A DNA stretch of 64,000 nucleotides. Source: Candidatus Undivivens industriae. Lineage in GTDB: Bacteria; Omnitrophota; Gorgyraeia; Gygaellales; Profunditerraquicolaceae. A program made the position numbers and the translations under genes. Numbering within the stretch: position 1 is the first letter of the stretch; each line of letters starts with the position of its first letter. The stretch is taken from positions 10,045 through 74,044 of the forward strand of contig JAAYZR010000009.1 in NCBI GenBank assembly GCA_012514745.1. The letters run 5' to 3'. Shown one piece after another: positions 47,437 through 57,428 of this stretch. The notes under the pieces were generated by a model. The model was not told the origin of the DNA. It saw only the letters and a list, made by a program, of their open reading frames with translations, and searched no databases.

Positions 47437-48440
47437 AAGGCGGCGCTATGATCTGGTTTGTGCTTCTTTTGTCCCTGACGGTCTATGCAGAGGTCCTGCG
47501 CAGATTGCTGGGTTTACTGTTGAAACGCCGGCAAGATGAAGTGCCGCTTTTGCGCCGCGAGCTGGAGAAACTTAACGAGGAGGATGCCGCGCTGCGTTCA
47601 GTCCTTGAGGAAGAGAAGGGAAAACTCTCCAGGACCGCGGCCATTTACGAACTGACCGGAGAGGTTTGCAAGTCTCTTGAAGAAGATAAACTGGCGGCGG
47701 TCTTCCGGGAGCAAGCGGTTAAATACTTCGGCGGTGAAGTGCATTGCGGTTTTTTCCGGCAGGAGCAGATACCCGAAAAGCGCCGGGAAGGGGAGTATTT
47801 CTTTCCGCTTTCCATCGACGAGAAGATGTTCGGGTACCTCGGAGTATATGGCTTGAGGATGGAGGATAAAGAACAATTCCAGATATTCGGCCAGCAGTTC
47901 ATCCTTGGACTGAAACGCGCGGAATTGTTCAAACGGGTGCAGACCCTGGCGGTCACCGATTCACTGACCAGCGCCTTCAGCCGCCGCTATTGGGCGGAAC
48001 GCTTCCGCGAGGAGATACTCCGTTCGAAGCGTTTCAACTACCGGTTCTCTTTCCTGATGATAGATATCGACCATTTTAAGTTCTACAACGACCATTACGG
48101 GCATCTGGTGGGGGATGTCATCCTGAAAGAAACCGCGGCCATTATCAGGGAGAATATCCGCCAGATAGATCTGCTCGGCAGATACGGCGGGGAGGAGTTT
48201 TCCCTTATTCTTACCGAGACAGACAAGGCGGGAGCGCTTTTCGCCGCCGAACGTATCAGGCACGCGGTCGAATCCAGGCAGATCAAGGCTTACGACGAAG
48301 ATCTGCGCATAACCATCAGCATCGGCGTGGCGACCTTCCCGCAGGACGCCTGCGAGATGGAGAGCCTGGTGGACAGCGCCGACAAATTCCTTTATATGGC
48401 GAAGCACGGCGGACGTAACCGCGTCTGCTCCGCCTCCTGA
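47433..48440 (+). CDS. Diguanylate cyclase (GGDEF) with N-terminal TM helix and coiled-coil/GAF-like sensor.
   Basis: RYGGEEF active site; overlaps the upstream stop by 4 nt. Confidence 0.8.
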   Translation: MKGGAMIWFVLLLSLTVYAEVLRRLLGLLLKRRQDEVPLLRRELEKLNEEDAALRSVLEEEKGKLSRTAAIYELTGEVCKSLEEDKLAAVFREQAVKYFGGEVHCGFFRQEQIPEKRREGEYFFPLSIDEKMFGYLGVYGLRMEDKEQFQIFGQQFILGLKRAELFKRVQTLAVTDSLTSAFSRRYWAERFREEILRSKRFNYRFSFLMIDIDHFKFYNDHYGHLVGDVILKETAAIIRENIRQIDLLGRYGGEEFSLILTETDKAGALFAAERIRHAVESRQIKAYDEDLRITISIGVATFPQDACEMESLVDSADKFLYMAKHGGRNRVCSAS

Positions 48441-48677
48441 CGCCCCGTTTTTCGGCCCTCTTTTAGGAACTTTCCCGCGAATACGATTGTTCATCATCCG
48501 GCGGCATCAAAGAGGCCGCGCTCGGTGCTTATCGCGGGGCCCTCGACGGTCTTGCCGAAGGAAGCATTTTTTTATCAAGGATAAAAGCCGGGGCCCGGGA
48601 AAATAAAAGCGGCGGGCTCATCCTTGAAAGAACTGTGGGCATTTCTTCAAATCCGGCTTTCTAAATCCCGTCTCAGA

Positions 48678-48686
48678 TGCTATAAT
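48678..48686 (+). promoter_or_regulatory. Extended -10 element TGcTATAAT about 200-260 nt upstream of the first B12-radical-SAM gene.
   Basis: TG at 48678-48679, TATAAT at 48681-48686; weak -35. Confidence 0.3.
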
Positions 48687-48946
48687 CATAAAATCGCCGG
48701 AGGACATACTGCGGTAAGTCCCCGCACCGGTGTTGTCCTGGACCGATCCCTCGATACGGCAAAAAAAAGTCTCAGCTTGCCCGGAAGGCACACCTGGGAA
48801 GATATTTATTCCCGCTTAAAAGCGCGAATAAACAGGCTTACTGCCAGGTATTATCAAAGGATCAGCTCGCGAAGCTTCATTTGCGAATCCCCGGTTTTTA
48901 CGAATTCAAACGAATGCGGGTAGAAAGGGGGCTTGTTCACTCGTTT

Positions 48947-50524
48947 ATGTCTCATTACGCGGATATCAGGAAAATCCTGCTGGTGCGGCCTCCCCGTTAT
49001 TTATGGCCGTTTATAAACGAATCGGATAATTTTCTTCTGCCGCTCGGGCTCCCCTGTATAGCCGCTTCCGTGCGCAGGGCCTTTCCGGAGATAACGGTCA
49101 AGATAATCGACTGTCCTCCCTTAAAAATGGGCTGGAAGAGCTTGCGTGATATAATCGAGCTCGAAAGGCCGGATATGATAGGGGCCGGGGAGGAGGCTCT
49201 TTATCATCATGAGGCGGCCCGTCTTTTTTCTCTCGCCAAGGATATAGATCCGCGCATAGTTACCGTGGCAGGCGGGCATTTCTTCTCCTGGATGTATGAA
49301 CACAGCCTTAAGTCATTCCCTCTGGATTTTATCGTGCGTTTCGAAGGTGAAGAGACGATCGTGGAGCTTATCGCCGCCCTGCGCAGAGGGACGGATCTTT
49401 CCGGGGTTAAAGGGATCGCCTATCTCAAGAACGGCAGGGCTGTGCGCACGGCCCTGCGCGAAATGGTTTCCGACCTGGACAGCCTGCCGTTGCCGGCTTA
49501 TGACCTTATGCCGATGGGCAGATATTCCCGTTTCGGCTACATCTGGCCGCAGAGCGCCACACTGGAGCATTCCCGTGGCTGCGTGGACCGCTGCAATTTT
49601 TGTTCCTTATGGACGTTCTGGGGTACGCAAAAACGCAATGATATCGAGAAAGGCGAGCTTGAAGTTTCTCCGCGCTACCGGACCAAGAGCGTTCAGCGAA
49701 CGCTGGAAGAAGTCGATATCGTCTATAAAAAATACGGCCGGCGTTATATTCTTTGGGCTGATCCTACCTTCAATGTTCAGCCCGAGTGGACAAACGAGTT
49801 TTGCGAAGGCCTTCTGAAAAGGAATTACAAAGACCTTTACTGGTGGGCTTTTATCCGGGCCGATTTCACTTTGCGAGACGAGAAACTCGGCATACTCGCG
49901 AAGATGGTCCGGGCCGGGATGGTGCATCCGCTGATCGGGGTGGAGCGGTGCTGTTCTGAAGATCTGCGGCTCCTCAAAAAAACCGCCTATACTCGTGATA
50001 TGATCAAGGAGGTTTTTGCGATATTCAAGAATAAATACCCGCACGTTTTCCGACAGGGGACGTTTGTTACCTGCCTGCCGTTCGACACCAAGGAGTCCAT
50101 GCTTGATCTCGTTAAATACGCGGTTGAGATCGATATAGATTATCCCGCTTTTCATCCGGTCGCTCCGGTGCCCGGGACGTTCCTGTACCAGGAGGTCAAA
50201 GCGCAGGGCCGTCTCCTGGAACCCGATTTCAGCAAATACGATTGGGCAACTCCATTGATGCCTTCCGAGACCGGATTGTCCAGGGCGGAGCTTTCAGATC
50301 TGAATATGGAATTGAACAAGCGTTATGTGCTTTACAGGCCGCACTGGTTAATACGCGGGCTTTTTTCACGGCATAAACATAAGAGGGGTCTTTACCGCTG
50401 GTTTCTCAAGAATACCTTGAAGATGTTTTTTTTGTCTCTTTGGGATGCCCTGCGCGGCAAAAGAAGCGTTGAAGGGTTCACCGGTTTTATGCGCTTGAAG
50501 CGCCCCGGATGGTACGAAAGCTGA
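48947..50524 (+). CDS. B12-binding domain-containing radical SAM protein, paralog 1 (the track ORF starts at 48881).
   Basis: N-terminal ILLVRPP Rossmann-like cobalamin-binding domain; radical-SAM CVDRCNFC. Confidence 0.8.
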   Translation: MSHYADIRKILLVRPPRYLWPFINESDNFLLPLGLPCIAASVRRAFPEITVKIIDCPPLKMGWKSLRDIIELERPDMIGAGEEALYHHEAARLFSLAKDIDPRIVTVAGGHFFSWMYEHSLKSFPLDFIVRFEGEETIVELIAALRRGTDLSGVKGIAYLKNGRAVRTALREMVSDLDSLPLPAYDLMPMGRYSRFGYIWPQSATLEHSRGCVDRCNFCSLWTFWGTQKRNDIEKGELEVSPRYRTKSVQRTLEEVDIVYKKYGRRYILWADPTFNVQPEWTNEFCEGLLKRNYKDLYWWAFIRADFTLRDEKLGILAKMVRAGMVHPLIGVERCCSEDLRLLKKTAYTRDMIKEVFAIFKNKYPHVFRQGTFVTCLPFDTKESMLDLVKYAVEIDIDYPAFHPVAPVPGTFLYQEVKAQGRLLEPDFSKYDWATPLMPSETGLSRAELSDLNMELNKRYVLYRPHWLIRGLFSRHKHKRGLYRWFLKNTLKMFFLSLWDALRGKRSVEGFTGFMRLKRPGWYES

Positions 50525-50569
50525 GTTTTTTTATCCTTTCGAACGGCTGCGGTCCGGGCAGGATATTGC

Positions 50570-52222
50570 ATGAAAGATAGACAATGTTCCACTCGGGGGC
50601 TTATGAATAAACGTGTCGCGATATCATTTCTGGTTTTCGCACTGTTGACAGGAGCCGCTGTCCGTCTTAACGGATTGGCGGAGAGAGCGTTGTGGTTTGA
50701 TGAAGCTCTTGTGGTCCTGGAGGCCGGCAAACCGCTGTCCAGGGTGCTTGGTCAGCGCGCGGAAGGTATCCATCCGCCACTTTTTCGCTTTATGGCACAC
50801 TGGTTGATGAAAAGCGCCTCCGGGGAGCTGGTGGAAGATCACACATCTTGCCTTCCCGAAGGGAAAAGCGCCCCTGCGTTAATGGCGACCGACCTGCGGG
50901 AAAGTCCGCGTGAGATCGTTCTGCGCCTGCTTTCGGTGTTTTTCAGTCTCATTTCCATTCTTTTGTTTTTTTTGCTCGGCAAGGCGCTTTTTGGCGCCGG
51001 CACGGCCGCGCTGGCGGCGGGAATAATGAGCATTTCCGCTTTCCAGGTTTATTACGCGCAGGAAATAAAGATGTATGCCTTGCTGCAATTCTTAAGTTTG
51101 TTGTCCTGTTTATTTTTCATAAAAGCTCTGAAGAGCGATAAAAGATTATACTGGGGAGTATACGCGGTCACCAGCGCTCTGGCGCTTTACACCCACTATT
51201 TCGCCTCGATGTTGCTGGCCGCGCAGGCGGTTTTTGTCCTGCTCTATTTATTGCGCCGCGGCGCCCTACGGAAGTTGAAATACTGGGCCGGTTCTTTATT
51301 CCTGGTGCTCTTATTGTTTTTACCGTGGAGCATTAACGCCCTGAAACACATCCGCCGGGTGAGCGACAATTTTTGGTTGCCGTCTTTGACCATCGCGGAT
51401 TTTATCGGGGTTTTCAGGAATTTCTTTTTCGGTTATCACACGGGTTTTTCGTGGTTTTTCTCCGGATGGATAGTTGTCCCGGCTGTTTCACTGTTTGGAG
51501 CTGTGTCTATATTCAGGGAGGCTCGCGAGAGTGGGAAGGAGAGTCTCTGGGAACCCAGGGATTCTGCCGTTTTCATATTTTCTCTTCTGCTGGTCCCGAT
51601 AGCGGCAGCGGTGCTTCTTTCCTTTGTGTTCCGCCCTGTATTCTTCGACCGGCCGTTCATTTTTCTCTCCGGCCTATGTTATCTGCTTTTTGCCGCCGGG
51701 ATACATGTGATCTGGCGCAGGCGGAGGGCCGCGGCAGTATGCCTGGCGGCTCTATTCCTGCTGGTCTCTCTGTTTTCTCTGCGCGCCTATTACCGTAATG
51801 AATATTTCAAGCCTTCTCCCGGCGTGGTGATGCAGAAGCCGATGAGGGAGCTCGGCGGATACATAACGCGCAATTACCATGCCGGGGACATCGTGCTATT
51901 GTTTCATCATAGCATCGTATATCCGCTCGCCTGTTATTTGCCGCAGGGGGTTCGCTCCAGGATGTTCTTGCTGGATTTACCTATAGAAAGCAAATATGAC
52001 CGGAGTACCCTTTTCGGTATGCAGAGAACCTTCAGAGTAAGAACGTTGCATTGGCGCGACCTGCCGTCCGAAGGCGGGTTGTGGCTCGTTTGCGGCGGCT
52101 GGAACAGGGAGATAATCCGGCCTCCGGCCGGGATGGCGGAATTTCTTTCCCGGCAGAGGCTCGTAAAGGAAAACCGCGCGTTCGAAGGAGTAGAGATCTA
52201 TTATTACGAACTGCGGAGATGA
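50570..52222 (+). CDS. GT-C fold membrane glycosyltransferase (family 39 / ArnT-PMT-like).
   Basis: About 12 TM helices and the first-loop LWFDEALVV (DE motif) typical of GT39/GT83. Confidence 0.6.
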   Translation: MKDRQCSTRGLMNKRVAISFLVFALLTGAAVRLNGLAERALWFDEALVVLEAGKPLSRVLGQRAEGIHPPLFRFMAHWLMKSASGELVEDHTSCLPEGKSAPALMATDLRESPREIVLRLLSVFFSLISILLFFLLGKALFGAGTAALAAGIMSISAFQVYYAQEIKMYALLQFLSLLSCLFFIKALKSDKRLYWGVYAVTSALALYTHYFASMLLAAQAVFVLLYLLRRGALRKLKYWAGSLFLVLLLFLPWSINALKHIRRVSDNFWLPSLTIADFIGVFRNFFFGYHTGFSWFFSGWIVVPAVSLFGAVSIFREARESGKESLWEPRDSAVFIFSLLLVPIAAAVLLSFVFRPVFFDRPFIFLSGLCYLLFAAGIHVIWRRRRAAAVCLAALFLLVSLFSLRAYYRNEYFKPSPGVVMQKPMRELGGYITRNYHAGDIVLLFHHSIVYPLACYLPQGVRSRMFLLDLPIESKYDRSTLFGMQRTFRVRTLHWRDLPSEGGLWLVCGGWNREIIRPPAGMAEFLSRQRLVKENRAFEGVEIYYYELRR

Positions 52223-52241
52223 TACTATACGCGGGGAAAAT

Positions 52242-53708
52242 ATGAGAGTATTGTTGATCAATCCTGATTCCAGCGTGGTATCTAAAAGCTGGGCTTATCG
52301 CAAGTTTTGCGCGCCGATAGCCCCTTTGGGGCTGGCCTATCTCTCGGCCGTGCTGGAAAAAGACGGTTTTGAGGTCGCCGTGTATGACCAGTTCGCGCTG
52401 AAAACCGGGGATGACGCCCTTTTGCGGAAGATAGCTTCATTTAAGCCCGAGGTGATAGGCGCCGCGGCTTTAACTACAGTTGTCCCCGACATTAAGAGGA
52501 TGATATCCCGTATCCGCGCAGAAAATGCGGACGTTACGATAATTCTGGGCCATATTCACGCCACGTGTTTTCCTTCGGACATGCTGGGAGACGGTATGGC
52601 GGATATCGTAGTGAGGGGAGAAGGGGAGGATACCCTGCTGGAGGTCTGCCGTAACATCCGTTGCGGCAAATCCTGGAGAGAAACGCCCGGCATAAGCTAC
52701 AATGACGACGGCGCGGTTGTCGACAACCCGGACAGGCCTCTGCGCGGCGACCTCGATTCTCTGCCGCTGCCGGCCTGGCATTTGTTCGACGCCGACCTTT
52801 ATAAGGAGGCGCCTCTGGTAGCGATTAACAGGTCCCGCGCGTTCCCGATTATCGCTTCCCGGGGATGCAAATATCGCTGTTATTATTGTTCCCAGGATAA
52901 GGTATATCCGCGCATGCGTTTCCGTGACCTTGAAAAAGTGGCCGACGAAATGGAGTATTTTGCCGATACCTTGCGGGTCGGATATTTCGGTTTCAGCGAC
53001 GCTTATTTCCCCTGGAACGAAGATAGCGGCCTGCGTTTCTGCCGGATAATCACCCGGCGCGGTCTGCATAAAAAGGTCCGTTGGTGCACGGAGACCAGAG
53101 TGGATAAAGTGACTCCGCGCCTGCTGCGCGCGATGAAGGAAGCCGGGGCGCACCTTATCATGTACGGGATAGAGGTGGGAAGCCGGGAGGTGCTCGAGCG
53201 GTTGAATAAGCACACCACCCTTGAACAGGCCCGGTTCGCGGTGAGGGAGACCGCGAAAGCGGGTATCTTTTCGCAGGGGTTATTTATCCTCGGCCTGCCA
53301 GGGGAAACGCCGGCTACATGCAGGCAGACGATAGATTTCGCCAAAGAGTTGAATTGCGACATAGTAAAGTTCAATCTTGCGGTGCCTTATCCGGGGTCCC
53401 GTTTCTTCGAGGAACACGGAAAAAACCTGATAAGAGAATCCCCGGAGAAGTTTACCAGCTGGGCTGATTGGACGCATCTGGGCGGAGGACTGGTTTATGC
53501 CCCGCAAGGTATGAGCGGCGACACCTTGCGCCATTTCCAGCGCAAGGGTATGATGGAATACTACGCCCGTCCGGGAGTCATAATAAAAAACCTCGCCCGC
53601 GGGACAATAACCCTGCGCAATCTTATTCTCGGCGGGGCCTGGCTGTTGTTCATTTTTCTCTTCGGCAGTTTGAAAAAAACAAAAAGAATATTTCTAAAAC
53701 GATCATGA
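52242..53708 (+). CDS. B12-binding domain-containing radical SAM protein, paralog 2.
   Basis: MRVLLINPD B12-binding domain start; CKYRCYYC. Confidence 0.8.
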   Translation: MRVLLINPDSSVVSKSWAYRKFCAPIAPLGLAYLSAVLEKDGFEVAVYDQFALKTGDDALLRKIASFKPEVIGAAALTTVVPDIKRMISRIRAENADVTIILGHIHATCFPSDMLGDGMADIVVRGEGEDTLLEVCRNIRCGKSWRETPGISYNDDGAVVDNPDRPLRGDLDSLPLPAWHLFDADLYKEAPLVAINRSRAFPIIASRGCKYRCYYCSQDKVYPRMRFRDLEKVADEMEYFADTLRVGYFGFSDAYFPWNEDSGLRFCRIITRRGLHKKVRWCTETRVDKVTPRLLRAMKEAGAHLIMYGIEVGSREVLERLNKHTTLEQARFAVRETAKAGIFSQGLFILGLPGETPATCRQTIDFAKELNCDIVKFNLAVPYPGSRFFEEHGKNLIRESPEKFTSWADWTHLGGGLVYAPQGMSGDTLRHFQRKGMMEYYARPGVIIKNLARGTITLRNLILGGAWLLFIFLFGSLKKTKRIFLKRS

Positions 53709-54228
53709 AATTGATAGTCCCGACGAACTGGCAGGACGATATTCTGCGAGAGCTCCCCTTACAGGAGATAAGCGGGTTTTACGGACAGCTTGACCGGGAT
53801 TTTACCGGGGGCGGCAGGCCTTCCTGCATTTTACCCGTTGTCGGTCGCGCGAAAGCCGCCGCGCATATCGCTTCGATCCGCGCCAAAGGGCTGTCTTTCA
53901 ACTATCTGTTGAATTCGGCTTGTATGGGCAACACCGAATCGACCACACCGTCGGCAACGGACGTCAACCGCGATTTCGGCCTGATAAAATCCATACGCGC
54001 CGCCGTGTCTTGCGAACTGAGGCTGTCCGCGCAAAGCCTGACGGCTTCATTGAAAGGCTTCACGAAGGCGGTTGCAACGGCGAGTCCTGCGGTGAATGCC
54101 GGTTCTGCGCCGAAAAAGCGCGCGAGGCGGTAAAATACGAAGATAATGAGCGACTGCGCGTGTTAAGGAGCCTTGAGATGGTTTTGAAGAACATAACCGG
54201 AGAGGGAGCCAAAAGGAGAGCGCATTGA
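53705..54228 (+). pseudogene. Truncated, frameshifted paralog of the U32-family gene at 62870. The N-terminal ~115 aa and the last ~35 aa are conserved; the middle is deleted and the reading frame shifts.
   Basis: Frame 1 (53705-54133): MKLIVPTNWQDD...GGGRPSCILP...FNYLLNSAC...VSCELRLSAQS aligns to the N-terminus of the 62870 protein. Frame 2 (to 54228): GFIERLHEGGCNGESCGECRFCAEKAREA aligns to the 62870 protein's FIGKFVTAGCPPEGCSDCGYCARVAGEA. Confidence 0.55.
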
Positions 54229-55670
54229 GGATAGCGCTTATTTATCCGAGGATCAGGGGATACGATCGGGAATCCTTCGGCACGAACGGTTACATCGCCA
54301 ATATGAGCGGTTATCCTCCTTTGAGCCTGGCCTATGCGGCTTCGATTATACGCCGGGCCGGGCACGACGTTTTGATCATAGACGCCAACATAATGTCTCT
54401 TTCTGGGAAAGAGATAGTTTCGCGCTTAAAGAAGTTTTCTCCCGATTTGCTGGGTTTCACCCTCACGACCCCAACTTTTCATGGGGTGCGTGCGTGGATC
54501 AGGCGTATACGCGTGGAGGTGAATGTCCCTGTGCTGGCAGGAGGCGCCCTTCTTGGCCTTTTTCCGCGCGAGGTGATGGGGTATCAGGAATTCGATTATG
54601 GTATCGTTGGCACGGCGCGTGATTCCTTACCGGCGCTGCTGGGGGCGCTGAAAAAAGGGCGCGCTCCGAAGATGATCCCCGGAGTCTGCTTGCGCGATGG
54701 AGGTAAGGTGCTGGTGAATTTTCCCGTCTCAGGGGAAGAAGGGGTGGAAGATCTTTTATTTCCGGCGCGCGATCTGCTGCCGTATGAACGTTATTTCTCT
54801 CCTTTTAGCGGTGGCGGCGGCTTTACCGCGATGCTGGCTTCCTGCGGATGTCCCTTTTCCTGTTCTTACTGCTGTCTCGCGGGGAATTTGCGTTTCCGCA
54901 AATTGGACGGCGTCACCGCGGAAATGGAAGAATGTTTCAAGCGATACGATATCAGGAACATCGATTTTTATGACTCGGTTTTTACTTGCGACAGAGAACG
55001 GGTGTTGCGTTTGTGCGGCGCGATACGCAGGCTGAATCTGCCTTTTTCCTGGACCGCGAGGACGCGTCTTGATCTGGTGGACGAAGAGATACTCGGCGCG
55101 ATGTCCGCGTCCGGATGCAGGATGCTGATGTATGGCATCGAGACTTTTCACGCGAGTTCCTTGCGTCGGGTGAACCGCCCTGTTTTGTCCGTCGCGCAGA
55201 TCCGGGAGAGTATCCGCCTCACGCGAAAGAAAGGTATCGCCGCTTTCGGATTTTTTATGCTGGGAATTCCGGGAGAGACAGAAGAAATTATGAAGCGCAC
55301 CATAAATTTATCGAAGTGCGTAGGGCTTGATTTCGCGCAATTCACGAAATTGACTCCCATTGGCGGGACCGCGCTCTACGATCTGCAGATAAAGGCTACC
55401 GGGGATGATTATTGGCGGGATTATATCGGCAGGGGAAATAGAGATGATGATATAGCATCCGTAGGCTGCACTATTCCTCAGGTTACCCTTTTGAAAGCAG
55501 TGCACCGGGCTAATATCGGTTTCTATTTTCGTCTGCCGCAGATCATGCGGATACTTTTCGAGGCGCGTTCCTTCCGCCGGCTGTTACGCTATGCGAGATC
55601 GGCCTTGAATATGGCGTTTTCCCGTTTGAAAGAGGGGAAAAAGGCTGGGGCTCCGGAGAATATGGTATAA
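54225..55670 (+). CDS. B12-binding domain-containing radical SAM protein, paralog 3.
   Basis: MRIALIYP B12-domain start; CPFSCSYC. Confidence 0.8.
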   Translation: MRIALIYPRIRGYDRESFGTNGYIANMSGYPPLSLAYAASIIRRAGHDVLIIDANIMSLSGKEIVSRLKKFSPDLLGFTLTTPTFHGVRAWIRRIRVEVNVPVLAGGALLGLFPREVMGYQEFDYGIVGTARDSLPALLGALKKGRAPKMIPGVCLRDGGKVLVNFPVSGEEGVEDLLFPARDLLPYERYFSPFSGGGGFTAMLASCGCPFSCSYCCLAGNLRFRKLDGVTAEMEECFKRYDIRNIDFYDSVFTCDRERVLRLCGAIRRLNLPFSWTARTRLDLVDEEILGAMSASGCRMLMYGIETFHASSLRRVNRPVLSVAQIRESIRLTRKKGIAAFGFFMLGIPGETEEIMKRTINLSKCVGLDFAQFTKLTPIGGTALYDLQIKATGDDYWRDYIGRGNRDDDIASVGCTIPQVTLLKAVHRANIGFYFRLPQIMRILFEARSFRRLLRYARSALNMAFSRLKEGKKAGAPENMV

Positions 55671-55697
55671 TATCGCGGTACAGGAGGTGCGGTTTAC

Positions 55698-57428
55698 ATG
55701 CGCGCAGAGAAACAAAAATCGTTTAAATACCTAAAACCTCATTTGCCTTTTATATTGTTGGCACTACTTTTTACGACCTTCAGGGTAGTTCAATTGTATT
55801 GTTGCAGACACGTCGCTCATCCCGAAGAAGCCGTACTGGGGTTGTTCATAAAACACGTTATCGAGGGCGATAGTCCGGTTACGCTTTCGAACTATTTCCT
55901 TTCGTATTCCGGGGGTTCTCTTATTTCCTGCCTGCTTTCGCTGCCGTTGTGCAAAATGTTCGGCGTTTCGATATTGTCGTTGCGCTGGTGTTCCTTTTTG
56001 CATAGCGCCGCCATTCTGCTATTGCTTTATTGCTTCGTTAGAAGGTTTTGGGGCGGGACCGCGGCCATTTTTGCCGCTCTTTTTTACGTCTTGTCACCGC
56101 CGTCTTATTCTCATTACACTTCGCTTTTTCTGAGCGGCGAATATCTGGTGATTTTTCTTGATATAGGGTTGATGTATATTCTTCTTGCCATGTTTGTTCC
56201 TCAGGGAGGATGCGGAGAAAGAAAAAGAATGTTTCTTACCGCGGCCCTGGGGTTCGGTTCCGGCCTGGCGGTATATTTTCTGTTTTCCTCCGTTTTGTTT
56301 GCGGTACTCGCTTTCGGCACCTGGCTTATGCTGCGCGGCAGATCTCTGCGCAGAGGAGAATTGCTGTTATACGGCACATTCCTGCTGCTTGGGCTGCTGC
56401 CGTATTTCTATTTTTCATTCCTGTATCCGGAGCAGAGCCGTCTATTCCTGGGTTCGCTCCTGGAGGCGCCCGCGGGGTTGGCGCAAAAAATAAGATGGTT
56501 TTTCCCTTTTCTTGTTTCCGAATTCACGCGCTCTTTCCATTTTGAATTCTTCGGCTATTACCCGGGACGGGCTTGCTGGAATTACATCTACGTTTTGATC
56601 TTCTGCGGCGCGTGGCTGCATTTGATATGGGTGAACCGTTCGTTTTTCCGGAGTATGACTACCGTCCTTTTTCTAAAAGGAAAGGAGAAGCTCGGCGCGC
56701 CTTCCGATGTCAGACCGGAGTCGCCTCTGTTGTTGCTGCCGGTATTATTCATTGTCGCTTGTTTTTTTAGCGCTTATTGCCGGCCGCCGTTCTTTCATTA
56801 CAGGTATTTCTTTCCTCTATACCCGATGTTCCAGATTTTTTGCGCGGTTTCGTTATCGTCGTTGTTTTCAGGAAAAGGCAGAGCGGTTAAGGCCTGCGCG
56901 CTGGCGGTAGTGTCGTTTATTGTCTTGATATCCTGGCGCGGGGTGACCGGTATAGCGGGTAAACAGGATTTCTGGGAGTCCTATCCATTGCCGGAGACGA
57001 TATCGCGCTTGAAGGAAAAGGGGATTGAATATGTTTACACGGAGTATTTTCTGAAATGGCAGATATTGTTTGAAAGTGGGGAAGAAATCATCGCTTCCTG
57101 TGAAGGGATGCCGTTCTTCTATTTTTCTGATTTTGAGGGTGTAAGCGACTCGCGTGTCTATGGTAGCCCGTACCGCTTAGGCGAGAAAGTTGTGGATAAT
57201 GCGGTGCGGCAGGGCGTTTCTTACGCCTATCTTTTTCGCCTGGATCCCCGCCTTCCGTATTACGGGATGCTGAGAAATTATTTGTCCGCTGCAGGAGTGG
57301 GATACCAGATGGAGACGTTTGGAAATGAACTGGTATTGTTTTACGGTTTCGGGCGTCCGGTTACGCCCGCGCAAGCCGGGCTTGAGTCCGGTATGAAGAA
57401 ATATCTGCGTACAAATGGCGAACGGTAA
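55698..57428 (+). CDS. Polytopic membrane protein, probable GT-C-type glycosyltransferase (second ArnT/PMT-like).
   Basis: More than ten hydrophobic helices, HPEEAVLGL first-loop acidic motif, large C-terminal soluble domain. Confidence 0.45.
   Translation: MRAEKQKSFKYLKPHLPFILLALLFTTFRVVQLYCCRHVAHPEEAVLGLFIKHVIEGDSPVTLSNYFLSYSGGSLISCLLSLPLCKMFGVSILSLRWCSFLHSAAILLLLYCFVRRFWGGTAAIFAALFYVLSPPSYSHYTSLFLSGEYLVIFLDIGLMYILLAMFVPQGGCGERKRMFLTAALGFGSGLAVYFLFSSVLFAVLAFGTWLMLRGRSLRRGELLLYGTFLLLGLLPYFYFSFLYPEQSRLFLGSLLEAPAGLAQKIRWFFPFLVSEFTRSFHFEFFGYYPGRACWNYIYVLIFCGAWLHLIWVNRSFFRSMTTVLFLKGKEKLGAPSDVRPESPLLLLPVLFIVACFFSAYCRPPFFHYRYFFPLYPMFQIFCAVSLSSLFSGKGRAVKACALAVVSFIVLISWRGVTGIAGKQDFWESYPLPETISRLKEKGIEYVYTEYFLKWQILFESGEEIIASCEGMPFFYFSDFEGVSDSRVYGSPYRLGEKVVDNAVRQGVSYAYLFRLDPRLPYYGMLRNYLSAAGVGYQMETFGNELVLFYGFGRPVTPAQAGLESGMKKYLRTNGER

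Noticed and set aside
48700-48880. Cobalamin riboswitch upstream of the B12-radical-SAM cluster
   Set aside because: Some fragments are reminiscent (GGTAAGTCC, CCCGCACCGGTG) but no convincing B12 box or overall architecture was recognisable by eye. Kept only as a 'structured leader' finding pending cmscan.
53468-53704. Upstream part of ORF 53468..54133
   Set aside because: Overlaps the 3' end of the radical-SAM gene in another frame with no homology. The U32-like homology begins at the ATG at 53705.
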